A stretch of 64,000 nucleotides of DNA from contig JAAILG010000025.1 in the NCBI GenBank assembly GCA_012026655.1, positions 124,001 through 188,000 of the forward strand. Direction: 5' to 3'. This document shows, in pieces, positions 27,018 through 39,369 of this stretch (its first letter is position 1; each line of letters begins with the position of its first letter). Below the pieces are notes generated by a model. The model had not been told where the DNA came from and did no database searches. It saw only the letters and a program-made list of their open reading frames with translations. This stretch comes from Hydrolagus affinis. Taxonomy: Eukaryota. The translations under genes were made by a program, and so were the position numbers.

Positions 27018-30000
27018 ATAAATAATTCAGGAGGACATCTCAAAGTGCTTCACGGGATAAACCATAAATTGCAGTGACTGTATCAATGCGGTAGCTGATT
27101 TGGGACATAAGCCGTATCCCAAGGACAGTCATGAAGCGACTGACCAATTTTATCTGGGGGAGTTGTTGGCCTTGATGGTGGATGTTGATAGGCTTGTCCA
27201 TCACAAGAGGATCATGAGGAATTCCAACTCCAGAGAGTCTGGATAAACACACTCCTCACTCCTACTGGACAGACATCAGTGTAACAGCCATCTGACATCA
27301 AAGTTGTGACACCCACTGGTCCTTGCAGTCTCCTTTTTTTTACCCACCCGTGGCCAAAATGGGGGGATTTTTTTTGCCCGTCCACTTGCACACATCACAA
27401 TTGAAACTCTATATTTATGAACAAAAAAAATCACAAAGTAATTTCAGGTTCTAATCTGATCTCCAGTTTCAGATGGTGTCACGCACTTTGCTCTCAGAGT
27501 TTGACGTACCATCTGAACCATGAGATAAAATTGCAGCCTTGAAATCACTCGCAGCTTATCCATTATTCTGCATATCACAGATTTTATTTACCTGCTGGTT
27601 GAAGCAAAACTCACTCGGATCAGCATTGCCTCAGGGTAACAGTATTTTGCTGTTATTTGAAGGAGTATTTAATATCAGTAGATTAGTTTACTGATGGCTT
27701 CCACAGCTGACAAAGTGGTGCCACAATATCCTTACAGAATGGTTTCAGTTTCACACGATGTATTAAAGATTTGCTTCACTTCTTGATATAATTAACTTTG
27801 TAACCTACTGATGGGTGCAGAGGTGAGTTGAGCAAGTCCCCTCCAGTGATGTAGATCCAGTTCTTGACGGCGTTTCACACAATGGCTGGTGAGGTATATA
27901 TATTTGATGTTATAAATAGCCAAATTCTGAATCTCTGAAGAACGTTTACCATTTTGAATAATCAACACTTATTACAAGCCTCCTATTTTATTCACTGTCT
28001 TGCAATGATCACAATACTCTTGAGAGGCAGATCTGGGGCAAATACTAACTGAATGGAAATAGAATGACTGACTTGCTGGTGTTTATGGAGTTTGTACTGT
28101 TAAGGTATTCTCGATATTGGCTGTGAAGATGCACAGCAGCCTGAGACAGGATTCATAATGAAGCCAAAAGCAAAACTGATTGAATATTTACACTGATTTT
28201 GTAAACTATAACAGATGGATCATTGTGGCTGATGTGGCTGAACTTGAGCACAGAAACGTAGATCCCCATCTGTTGCGAACGGGAAAATAATATGAAGTGA
28301 TAATCAAATTTAAGACTGAGGTGAACTAATCCTCCAGGGTGCAAATTAAAACTATCGTCTCAAATGACTTAGATTATGGAGGAGATATTGGAAAATAATG
28401 TCGTTTTCAATCTACTCAAATCATCTCTGCTATAAAACTGCAGAAACGTGTTCAGAGGTAATGTTTACACAAGCGTGTTCTGAGTGAGTAAATATGGTGA
28501 ATGCTTAATATTTGGGGCTTGGGACAATTTGCCGCCTCTCCTGGTGGAAGCTAGTATTTGCCCGATATTTTACAGTTGCAGTTGTGGATGAACGTGTTTG
28601 GGTTTGGCTGTGTTGTTGCAGATGTCTAGAATGCGGGGAGATCATTAGCGATGTGCTTTTGGTCAGAACGAAACTGGTTCGCCATCATATTGCAGTAAAT
28701 GATGCTTAATTGCAGCCTCAGGGCTGGTGAAAAATGACTTGAATATTAAAAGGAGAAGTTGTACTGGCAGGTATCTATGTGCCTTTGAAAACAAGCCTGT
28801 GTTGGGCATTTGTATGCTGGAAGAACATTCATTCTGAAGAATATGTATATTTTTATTGAGGGAAAGCACATCCTATACCTATATATAATAGCATGGGGGG
28901 TGGTCACACAATGGGACAACAAGCCTTTAAAGTGTTAGTACTGTAGTTCTTTTTGCCTCCTCACTTTCAGCATACTTTTATATTTGAGTCATCCTCTCAT
29001 ACAATCTTGTCAAAATAGTTTGTCTAAAGGGGCAGGTTTCTCCCGTTGACGACAACAACAACAACAAAATTACATTTGTACAGCACCTTTCACGTCGGGA
29101 GGACGTACCAAGCCATTGACCGTGAAGCATTGAATGAGCGATGGCCTACTCAGCTCACTTAAAGCACTCGTAGCCGATTTCTCAGTCCAGTTTTCCTTTC
29201 TCCCTTTGGGGAATGGATTCGCTGCTCAGCTCCCACCCACACCAATACTGCTCACTCCTCATATTTGGCTGGGAGCTACATCATAAAAAACAGAGAAGTC
29301 TTTACATGGGAATGTTTCTAGGCTAAATAAAGTCGTCTGTGGAATCCTAGACTAATGTAATGCAGCAGTAGTCTGTGGCCATGTGTATCTTGTTTGACAT
29401 TCTGCTGTATTATTAGCAAGATTTTGGGGGGGATGGTGGTGGTGGGGGGTGTGTGGAGTTGGTGAAGATGTGAACCAACCAGGGAGGCAGCAAATTTGGG
29501 CTCTTAAAACTGAGTCCATACTGTACTTGTTCTCTGCGAAGCTTGCTATCCTGGGATTGCTCAGTGAACTATAGTTGAACTGGAATTTACTGCATTCTTT
29601 ACTTGTATTGTGAGCATGACCTGAAGCGTACTGACTGCTCAGTTTGCAGAGTAGATAATAATCCCGAGGCAGATCATTTCCTTTAGTTTACAGGCAGATA
29701 ATCCCATTGTAGAAGGGAAATAGTGCCACACAGCCATTGTCAAAGTCTTATCATGTGCGAGGGATGAGTTAAGGTCTTCCCATTGTATATTTACAAACCT
29801 GGTTGGGTAGCTCTCACACAAACTGTCAAACAACAAACTTTAACAGCAACAATGTGTTTAGAAAGGATAATCCAAAAGGTTCAATAGTTTTGCTTAGTTC
29901 TTTCCCATTTCCCAGTTTACCCAAAAGCTTACACTTGAAGTGAAGTGCTTGCCTTAGGTTGTGGGGCACTCCTGCATGAAGGGCTCTGCATGAACGCAAA

Positions 30001-33000
30001 TTATTTTTTTGGTTCCATTCTAACCCTCCTCAAACCACTCCTCACCCTCTTTTTCTGAAGCATGATCATTTTGCCTCCAGTATGGAACAAACAATTAAAA
30101 TAGTGGGTATGTTTGGGGAAACAGTACTATGCAACAGAAAGTTTGACAGCCTCGTTATAACAGTGGTATTAGTTGTGTGAATTGAGCCCAACGTAGGCGG
30201 TAAGGGATGGAGAAATTAGTGACCATGCTTAATTCAATTGTGTCAAATTTGGTACATTCTTTGGACTTTGACTAATTTGAGCAGTGATGTTTCCGACCTA
30301 CCTTGTGGTATTGACCTCCACGCAGTGGGTTGCCCTGATAGTAATAATAATTCTAAAAATAATAATCCTTGCATTTGATATAGTGCCTTGTCACGTCTTT
30401 GAGATGTCTCAAAGCGTTATTTTTCTTGCTATATTAAAGGTGAAGTAGCACTTGGTGGAAAAGGATTACTGTTTTTTGTAACATTCTAATTGACAGCCTT
30501 AGAGGTGTTCAATCACTAGCAGATATTAGTGGAGGCTTTATCCAATACTTTGTGTGTGACTGGTATATTCTTCTTAGGCACAGATAGTGATGTGTATGTG
30601 TTTTGAGTCCTGTAGTTACTATTATTCAGTCTTACACTATTGGAAACACATTGATTTAGAATGATTACATGTATGTCTGCCTATTACTGTACCTGTTATT
30701 GGAAGAGATGCGTTGATAAGAGTTAAACGTAACTTGGGATTGTAGAGTATTTGGGGGGAAGGGAAGGGGAAAAGCAGAATCCATTTTTAGTCAGCTAATG
30801 AAATGAAACGGACCAATTGGATATGCCGTATTTTTATCTATTTTCTCTTCGTTCCAAATAAGACCACCCAAAATAAAACAGTCCAAAGGATTTATTTTCT
30901 CACTTGGAGCTCCAGAAGGAGTATTGTGTAACTAACTCTTTGAAAAGGTCAGGGGTTTGATCTCTCAGTTGTCCAGTTAACCCATTCTTTACCTTCCCCC
31001 CCAATACCAAAGGTTTGTTTGTGTGTCGTGTGAGAGGGTGGATTTTCAAGTTTCTGTTATCGTTGATTAAATTAAAATTAACTCAGATTCAGATTTGAAG
31101 CAACAGGCTATGATTGCCTGGCGGTAAATATGATAGTAAAAAATCAACAGGTGCCAGTTTACATAATTATTAAGAACTTCCACCCCCACCTCCCCAGACC
31201 CAAGAAATATTCCTGGGAATTTTTGCCATTGTACTGCACACAAAAAAATATCTAAAAGGCATATATTTGATGATTGCACATGGATATCTGTTTGTGCATA
31301 GACCGCAACATATTGTAAAGTGAGTGATTTCTCTTTGGGACGGTTGAGAAGCCCGAAGCAAAGTGAAGGGAGTGTTATTCCTGCCGCGCAACAGATTTAG
31401 CACAAAAGCTGTTTGGACAACTGTTTGCCTGGCATCCTGTAATCCTACTTGAATTTAAATAGCGTGAATAGAACTCTATTTATAGAAGAGTAAAGAGTAG
31501 CTGGTCACGACTACATGAGTAAGCCACGTCAACCAGTTCAAGTCTGAAAGGTTTTGTTTATTAAAGCCTTGGTGGCTCTATCGTGCCCATCAACAACAGC
31601 ATAATGGCTGTGGTCAGCATAATGTCTGTGGAGCTTCCTGATTCCGGGGAAGTTCACAGGGTTTTTTTTCTGACCTATTAAGATACCCCGTGAAATGAGC
31701 AACATTCATTCGATGTTGTGGGGGCATGCGAAGTGGGCTTCGAAGGGTCGTGCAACTAGAGTATCACTTGAATGGGAGCCAAGGGCACAGCGAGATGGAA
31801 GAATGCGTTCCCCTTTCCCTCAGCCCGTGTGTATTTTAAAACTTCGTTTTACAACTTTACGATTTCAAACTTGGAACAGACTGGGTTCTGCCGAGCTGTG
31901 AGTTGCAGGACTGCCATGGGCCAGGTCACACTGGGGTGGAGCCTGCGTCTGAAGCGTCCAGTCACGTGGACAGGTCCAAGCCAGTGGTGACATTACGTCA
32001 TCGTTACTGCCAAGCCTTGTTGCCTGGAGACGAGTGGCACAAATTGTAAGGCAGACTGGTGTTGGCACCCAGCCCAGGTTTATACTGCACTGACACCAGT
32101 GTCTCAATGATGTTATACCATGTACAGGGGAGGTGAGTATCTGTACTGGTTCGACTCCAGAATACAGGTTTAACCCTGCGGTATTTTTATTTGGGGAGTC
32201 TCGATCGTGCTGGATTGACACGTGAGGTGGGAAGAGTTTATAGTTCAATTGAAGCCTTGTTATGTGCTTGCTTTGATGGTACATATATTCACTTAACATC
32301 ACTGCTGCCTTTAAAAAGATAGAAGCATTCGATAGAATAAGCAGAACAACAATCTATTGGCTGTATGGAGATTTTCTGTTTGCACGTAAAATTAATAATT
32401 TGTTTTTAAACGCTTAAGGTTTTGTTTGAAATAATCAAAAAAAATACTCCTTTTTGATTTTAACAGTGGTTGAAATGGGATGTACAGCTGGAGATTGGTT
32501 GAATTCCCCTATGTTAAAATGAGGAGGAAATGTTTTGCTTCAATCTTCCAAAGCTGAATTCACAACATTTTCTGGAAAGTCAAACTGAAAGCATGTTCAG
32601 ATGTTTGTTTCTCTCCGCCTCTCTCTGTCTCTCTTCAACTCCACTCTGCCTTCCTGAGCTGGAGAGTCAGAGCAGGCTTGTGTGTGAGCATAGTCAATGT
32701 AACTTCATTCGACAATCAGGGGGGACACGAGTCACAATGTGTAGTGCATGTGGTTTTCTGCCAGTTTATCTAATCTTGATTATTGTCCCCATCACAAGTC
32801 AACAATTTCAACCTCAGTATCACAGAGCACTCTGACCATTTTGCAGCAGTGTCTGTACGTACGTAAGTACTTTTTCTAACTGAGCAGAATTCACCCCAGG
32901 TGATGAGCAGTACTTGGGAATTTTGCCTATTGTAGTTATGAGAGCGAGTGTTGTCTTTGGAGACCGCAATACTGTGTTAAAAACGCTGCTGCTTGCATTG

Positions 33001-33778
33001 CAGTAAAGAGACGTTAGTTAAGAACTATTGATCGCTTGCAGTTTATTTCTGCCCCTAGTTAGGACCTGTAAACTAAAGTAATGAAACAGAAGCATGCCAC
33101 AGCTAACTTAAAGTATAAAAGTGGTGTGATTAACCCATGATTATTTTTACACATTTAAATGCCAGCGATGTTTTACAAGATTTTTCAAATGCTTCATTTC
33201 TGCAATCCAAAGAATGTTGTGATTAAGCATGTGTCTGATGCCCCAACTGACTTACTGCTACAGCCTGACTTCCCAGGAAAGCCCAAGCTCGATTTGGCTG
33301 AGAATTTGGCTCAAGTGAACAGATGGACACGATCCCTCAAATTAGCACCAATATCACATTCTTGATGATGAATATCTTTTGCGTTTGCCATCCAAGATCA
33401 ACAACAATAACAACAAAAATTTACATTTACGGAGCGCCTTTCACGTCGGGAGGACGTCCCAAGGCGCTGAGAGCATTTGTGATCTATGTTTTGTATTAAA
33501 AATTACATCCACTTCCTCTCCTTCAGTCTTCCATTTCAAAAAAATGTTTTTTAACTGTATGGCTTGAATACTTCTCAATTAACTCCATGTTTCTTGTGGA
33601 TGATCAGGCTCAAAGCAACATCCATTATGTCCTGGCTCCCATTAAAGCCATTATAGTTGCTTGACTATTGTGTTACATTCATACTAACATACTACATGTT
33701 ACAGGATGAGTTACATTCAGTGAATGAGGGAAACCACAGGAAAGATAACGCCGAACAATAATGTTGTTGTTTTGTGTT

Positions 33779-33845
33779 GGATAAAGGGTCATGGGCCAGA
33801 AACGTTAACCCTGCCTAACCTGCTGAGTGTTCTCCATTTTTGTGG
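33779..33845 (+). mobile_element. Degenerate remnant of the hairpin/Penelope-type element
   Basis: aagggtcatgggccagaaacgttaac...tgcctaacctgctgagt resembles the loop and right arm of the element at 35395-35588. Confidence 0.55.
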
Positions 33846-33942
33846 GTAGTGTTTTGTTTGTCCAGCATATACTTGAACCGTATTGTTAAAATACAGGCAA
33901 TTTAAACTTGTGTTTTTTTTTGTATGTTTGCCGCCTGTATAG

Positions 33943-34015
33943 ATTGAAAATATTGATGCGTGCCTGAGTTTCTTGGCTGCAAAGGGAGTGAACATACAGG
34001 GCCTCTCTTCAGAAG
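33943..34015 (+). CDS. NAV2: NAV2 exon, CH domain (IENIDACLSFLAAKGVNIQGLSSE)
   Basis: tgtatag acceptor and G|gtaaga donor; 73 nt, phase 0-1. Confidence 0.97.
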
Positions 34016-35394
34016 GTAAGAACCAGCCAAACCACATCATGTGGTTTCAGATCTGGATCAATCCAAAAAAGACCAATGTTTCCAATAAAGGCCGATGCAA
34101 GTGCTTTGAGATGACCTCCCAACGTGAAGGCACTATCTAAATGTATATTGCATTGTAATGGATCTCGCTCTGGTTTCAAAATATAATTTCAATTGTAAAG
34201 AGTTCCTCAGTGAGTGAGTTTGATAGAGGATACAAAGAGAAACATTTTTTAGTCAAAGAAGTCCTTATGACTGGAACATTGATGGTTTGTTTAGTCCTGT
34301 CTGCAAAGCCACTTTCAGTTCACTTTGGAGGAACATTGGTGACAACAACATAGAGTAACAAAATTGCAGAAGCAAATATATTCTTTTTGTGAAATTTAGT
34401 AAGACTTCACAACATTGCCTGGTGGATTCTGGGCTGATGAACTTAATGGCTTTTTCTCTTCTTATGCCACTTATATCCTTAACAAAAATTATTATGACGT
34501 AGTTTTGAATGTGCCATTCCCGCTCCGAAAGAAGGCTACCAATATGCCAACCCACCTCCCAATAAGTGACCCTGTCAGAGCAGAACTATTTTAATATAAA
34601 TGTTGGTCCGATAATTTCATCCTAACCTCCCTTTGGTAACTGCCAACAGTGGTCAGATCACAAGAAAAAGGAGAATCCATTTAATCCCTGATTCCCCCAG
34701 CTGGTGAGTGAAATGTGTCCCCCCCAATCTGCCAGTGGTGACTGTGTGTCTAATCCCTGGTTTAATGGCAGCCTTGGAATGTGTCTGAGCCTGAGTGGCT
34801 TTAGTGTTTGTTTGGAGAATAAGTCTGTTCATTTGTGAACTAGTTAGGAGTAGTGTGTGGTATGTGTCTGATCCTCTGTATCTTCTGACCAGTTTATCCC
34901 GTGATTTTTCATGGCACTTTTATAAAATGGCTATGCCAACTACACCGTTAGCAGGCAGTCTCACCCAGAGCTCATTTGCTCCTGTGTCTCGCAAAACTTT
35001 ATATGTCCTCTGTCCTTAACCACAACAATAACAACAAAATTACATTACGTTGGGAGGACATCTTAACAGCCTCCCCTGGCACCCAATGGATCAGCTTTAA
35101 GGTCCTCCCACTCTATCCCAAATCCTGTGAAGCCCTTGCACCCTCCTACCACTAGGATCAGCTCTCATCTCGGTGTTCAGCCATTGTTCAAACTAAAACC
35201 ACTCTTAAGATTGTCACTCAGGTATGACTTGAGATTACTTTCTGGTGGTTTGGTAATGGATTTGGCTGGAGCAAGAGAGCATCCTGCAAAATGACACTTC
35301 GCATTCAACTTGAAAACAGTTGAAGAAGATTAGGTAGAGGCATCAAACATGAATACTCACACCCTTGAGGCTTGTGGAGGCTATTGATATGAAT

Positions 35395-35588
35395 AAAACA
35401 CAAAATACTACAGATGCTGGGAATCTGAAACAAAAATAGAAGTTGCTGGGGAAACTCAGCAGGTCAGGCAGCATCCATGGAGAAAGGAAGTTCTGACAAA
35501 GGATTGTAGACCCGAAACGTTGACTCATTTTCCTTTCTCCATGGATGCTGCCTGACCTGCCGAGTTTCCCCAGCAACTTCTGTTTTTG
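35395..35588 (+). mobile_element. TSD-flanked hairpin element, probably Penelope-like-element derived, with a hammerhead-like loop
   Basis: 59-bp inverted arms at 35431-35489 and 35530-35588 (2 mismatches). Direct repeat gctattgatatgaat at 35380-35394 and 35588-35602. The loop contains CTGACAA...CCCGAAACGTT. Confidence 0.8.
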
Positions 35589-37033
35589 CTATTGATATGA
35601 ATGTTGTCCTTAAACTAAACCATTGTCTCTCACAGCCTCCTCCAGATATTTTTTTAGGGGAATGAATGAATGCACTAATTTATTTTGAGTAGGAAACTCA
35701 CTGAGGTTTAACTTGATTCATTCACCAAAAGAATGGAAAGGGATTGACTCTGTCACTATTTAATTCCTGGTATTTGCAACTTGCCTTTTTAGTTTTAATT
35801 TCAGCATGTTTGATATACAGGCATGAAGGAAAACCTTGGATTTTAATAGTAGAGCAAACAGATAGTCACTTAAGATAATCTATTATACAATTACAGAGTC
35901 TCCAGGTTAGGTATATACATATATATATATATATGGTCTTCACTCTAGAGTTCAAATATTCACAGCCATTCATTCAGTCTACTTTGACTACCAGAAATAA
36001 TAAGGACTCATAGCAGTCCCTAATTTTCTTATCATTTTAGCTACATAACCTTAATCCGAAAATGTAAAGGATGCAAGACAATGAAAAATCTTAAATTCAT
36101 TTCAATTGAGTAGCCACATATTCTGCAGTTCATTTTTTCAGATTTCACAATGGAACTTTTGGAATTTTTTAAAGAAACCGAGTTAGCATTTTGTTTTCCC
36201 TTGTGGAGAATGCAGCATAGCTGAACATTACTTTTTGATTGGATTTTGTTATCAACCTACATTATTCAGTGACTTTGCTTTGTGGCTTTCCACTGGTTAA
36301 ACTGATTGTGGTTTGCAACATCTGCACAACATCTTCTGTGAACTCGTTCAATTGAACATCTGGTTATGGTGGGTAGGTTTCAATCAGGCCAATCTGCTAA
36401 AACTGGAGCAGTAATTCAATTTAAATCGGAATGATTACTGCTCCTAACAGGATGGCCTGCTTCACACGCCAGAGATGACAGGCTCGAATCTGAGTTACCT
36501 GATGTTCAGATGTGTGATTGATTTGGCTTTACATTTGGACACCTTGTTATGGAAGGAAGTCAATACAAACGAAAGGAATGTAGAGTAAATTAGCTCCACT
36601 TAACGGTCTGTCAAACCACTTAAGTGACGGGAGCCCTTTTAAGACAAAATAAATGCTTCCTGATAGTAGTAATATAATTGTATTTTCAAAAATGTGACCG
36701 TTTACTCAGTGAGCGCTACCACCAAATGTTCTTGTGTTTATTGTGGTTCGGTTCATAGTGAAAGCGACAGATCTAGATGTCGTTTTTTATTTGTTTTTTT
36801 CTAAAAAGGAAAATGTGCTCTGTGTGGAAATCCAAGAAAACTGAGCTCTTCAAAAGATTATTGTAGTTTTGGAGCACATTTGTTTACAGAGTAGAGATAA
36901 AAGACATAAATCACGTGGGCTGCCCAAGCCGTTTCATCCCTTGAAAAGTATTTTACCGCCAAAAAAAGAGGAAGTTGATCCTATGCTGTGTGACCTTCCA
37001 GTGAATTATTATTAAATCTTTGATCATTTTCAG

Positions 37034-37292
37034 AAATCAGGAATGGGAATTTGAAGGCCATTCTGGGTCTGTTCTTCAGTCTGTCACGGTACAAACAGCA
37101 GCAGCAACAAACACAAAAGCAACAGCAACAACAGTCTTCAGTCGTGTTTCAGCAACAGGGTCTCCAGCATCACCCCACTCAATATCAGCTCGGGCTTCAG
37201 CAACAGGTCCAAGCTGCACCCAGCACCCAGCTCCCTTCCCAGGTGCAACATCAGTGCCAACAGCAAAAAGCACAACTGGAAATGCAGTCCAG
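37034..37292 (+). CDS. NAV2: NAV2 exon, end of CH domain plus Q-rich linker (EIRNGNLKAILGLFFSLSRYKQQQQQ...AQLEMQS)
   Basis: ttttcag acceptor and AG|gtttgc donor; 259 nt, phase 1-2. Overlaps ORF 37051..37317. Confidence 0.95.
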
Positions 37293-39306
37293 GTTTGCTC
37301 AGATTTTACGCTTCTAATGAAAATATATTTACAATTTAATCAATTCTATCACTCGTTTCCTTTTTTTAAAAAAAAATTAATTATTAAGCAACTTTGAATG
37401 TCTTGCGCGTGGGAAATGTCTGAGGTATACTGTTGTTGCCGAGATGTTTTGACAACCGCCTTGCTGTTGGATAAAGGTGAGGTAATTGATTTGTTTTTCC
37501 CTTCAGTGAGTGAATGGTTCAACAGTCTGCCGGTAACTTTGTCTTACGGGTGGTGCAGTGCAAAATGGCATGGCATTGCAATCTCTTTGCCAGTAACAAA
37601 CTGCCTTTTTTAAAATTAGACTTTGTTAAACACTGCATTTTAAAATGCCACTCATGTCGTCCATTCTTTATGCAAATGTAAGAATTTGAATTTAGCATTT
37701 GGTTGGATTAACCTTTCTTGAATATTCCAAAGGTGACGCGAGGATTGCTTAATAGATTTAAACGGTTGTTTATTTCCCCCACCACCCCCCCCCACCCCGA
37801 TTTTAAATGGAACAAAAATAGCAGCAAGAAAGTTGCTGAAAGTTTTTTTTTGCTTTTTCACTTTTGGCAAAGGGCTGCGGTCTCGATTATTTAATTGAGA
37901 TTTGTCGTTATGTTTCCATCCAGATATCACTTTATGAATTTAAATCTTTGCCGCATGTCCTTGGAGCTCCTTCCGACAGTTATATTTGATTGTTGAAAAC
38001 AAGGGTTAATATTGTGCTCCAACCGGGCTGTGAACATTGTGGAATTCTGTCAATTTCATCCACTTTGGTCACAGTCGATTACCAGCATCTGTGTTGTATT
38101 ATTTCACTGTGAGATTTGTAACTGAATCATGCACAGTGTCTTGCTACAAAGAGGAAGCAGATTGATATTTTTTTCATTGGTACAAGTTTTCCTGCTTTTC
38201 TGAACGCAGGCACACACAGCATGAATCACATCTCCCAAGTTGGGAGTCTTCCTGGCTCAGTTATTCATGCTGTACCATGTTATATGTACATTATTTAGCC
38301 GTTGAGCAGCAAGAGATTCCTCTCAAATTGATTTTCTCTAGGAGCGTTGCTTCTCGAAGCACTGAGGTACAGTTCCTTGTCTACTGGCAGCCCTCCCAAT
38401 GACTTAAGGGAGGAAGATATTAGTGGCATTAACAGTTGAAAAAAAATCAGACAGGAACAATTCAAAGCTGTAAGGAACGAAAGTTGTGGTGGATCCTGAC
38501 TGCAGAGTGCCGCAGCTTTCCACTGCCTTGGTTGAAATCTGCTAAAGCAGCCCGAAGGATCAAACCTGGAACTGTCAGAGTCTGCATTGTTCAGCATCGT
38601 GCTGCTTTGTGGAGCGTTGAAGACACTGACTGACCACCCCTCTAATATATTAAACTTGCTTTCTTCCTCCCCTTGTTTAGTGGGTTCTGAGCCCCAAATG
38701 GAGTTAAAATAACAGCCAAGTGGCCTCTGTTACGTTAATTCTCTGATAATCCACCAGAAGATGTATGAGAATGGTCTGATGGTGATTTTGCCTCTGACGT
38801 CTTGCGCTTGGCACCTTCCCTTTTCAGTGCGGGGAATAAAATGTTTGAATTATAAAGAATATGGCACGATGCATGGATAAGAATCTTTTTTTCAACAGTC
38901 CCAATGTGTTTTATGAACTTTTTGCATACTTTTACTGAAACATGATTAAAGTACTGAAGACAGCTGATAATAGGATCATTCCTTTGAAGTTTATAAAGCG
39001 GGGTTTCGCTTTTCAGTTTCCCACCAACTTCATTTGACACGTATCTGAATTGGCACAGGCATAAACAAGGTTTGACTTGGGCTTGGTTACATCTATTTGA
39101 CCCAGAAATCAACAGGAATGGTCTTTGCATTGTGGAGCTCACTGTAGCGTTGTACAATATAGCTAGCGTTTAGCGGAGATTGGAAATTTTTCAGGTTCCA
39201 AAGCTCTTTGATGTTTTCATGTTGCATGATGCTGTAGCCCTTTTCTCTGATGCTCCTTCCTTTTAACTCATGCTCATTTCTTCCTCTCTTCTTTTCTGCC
39301 ATACAG

Positions 39307-39369
39307 TGTGTCATCCAGGTTATCATCCCCAAGCACAAGAATTGCACCCACTCAGAAAAAGAGTTCTAG
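39307..39369 (+). CDS. NAV2: NAV2 63-nt cassette exon (SVSSRLSSPSTRIAPTQKKSSR)
   Basis: Long pyrimidine tract at 39241-39300, acag acceptor and AG|gtcagc donor. Symmetric phase 2-2 with no stop. Same position and similar sequence to the human alternative segment I recall as SASSKDSSQSKIIRFTLGQKKISR. Confidence 0.8.
   Translation, partial: CVIQVIIPKHKNCTHSEKEF

Noticed and set aside
38299-38366. Segment reading RDSSQ, reminiscent of the human alternative exon KDSSQ
   Set aside because: That frame has stop codons on both sides (TGA, TAG) and the acceptor is poor. The exon at 39307-39369 fits much better.
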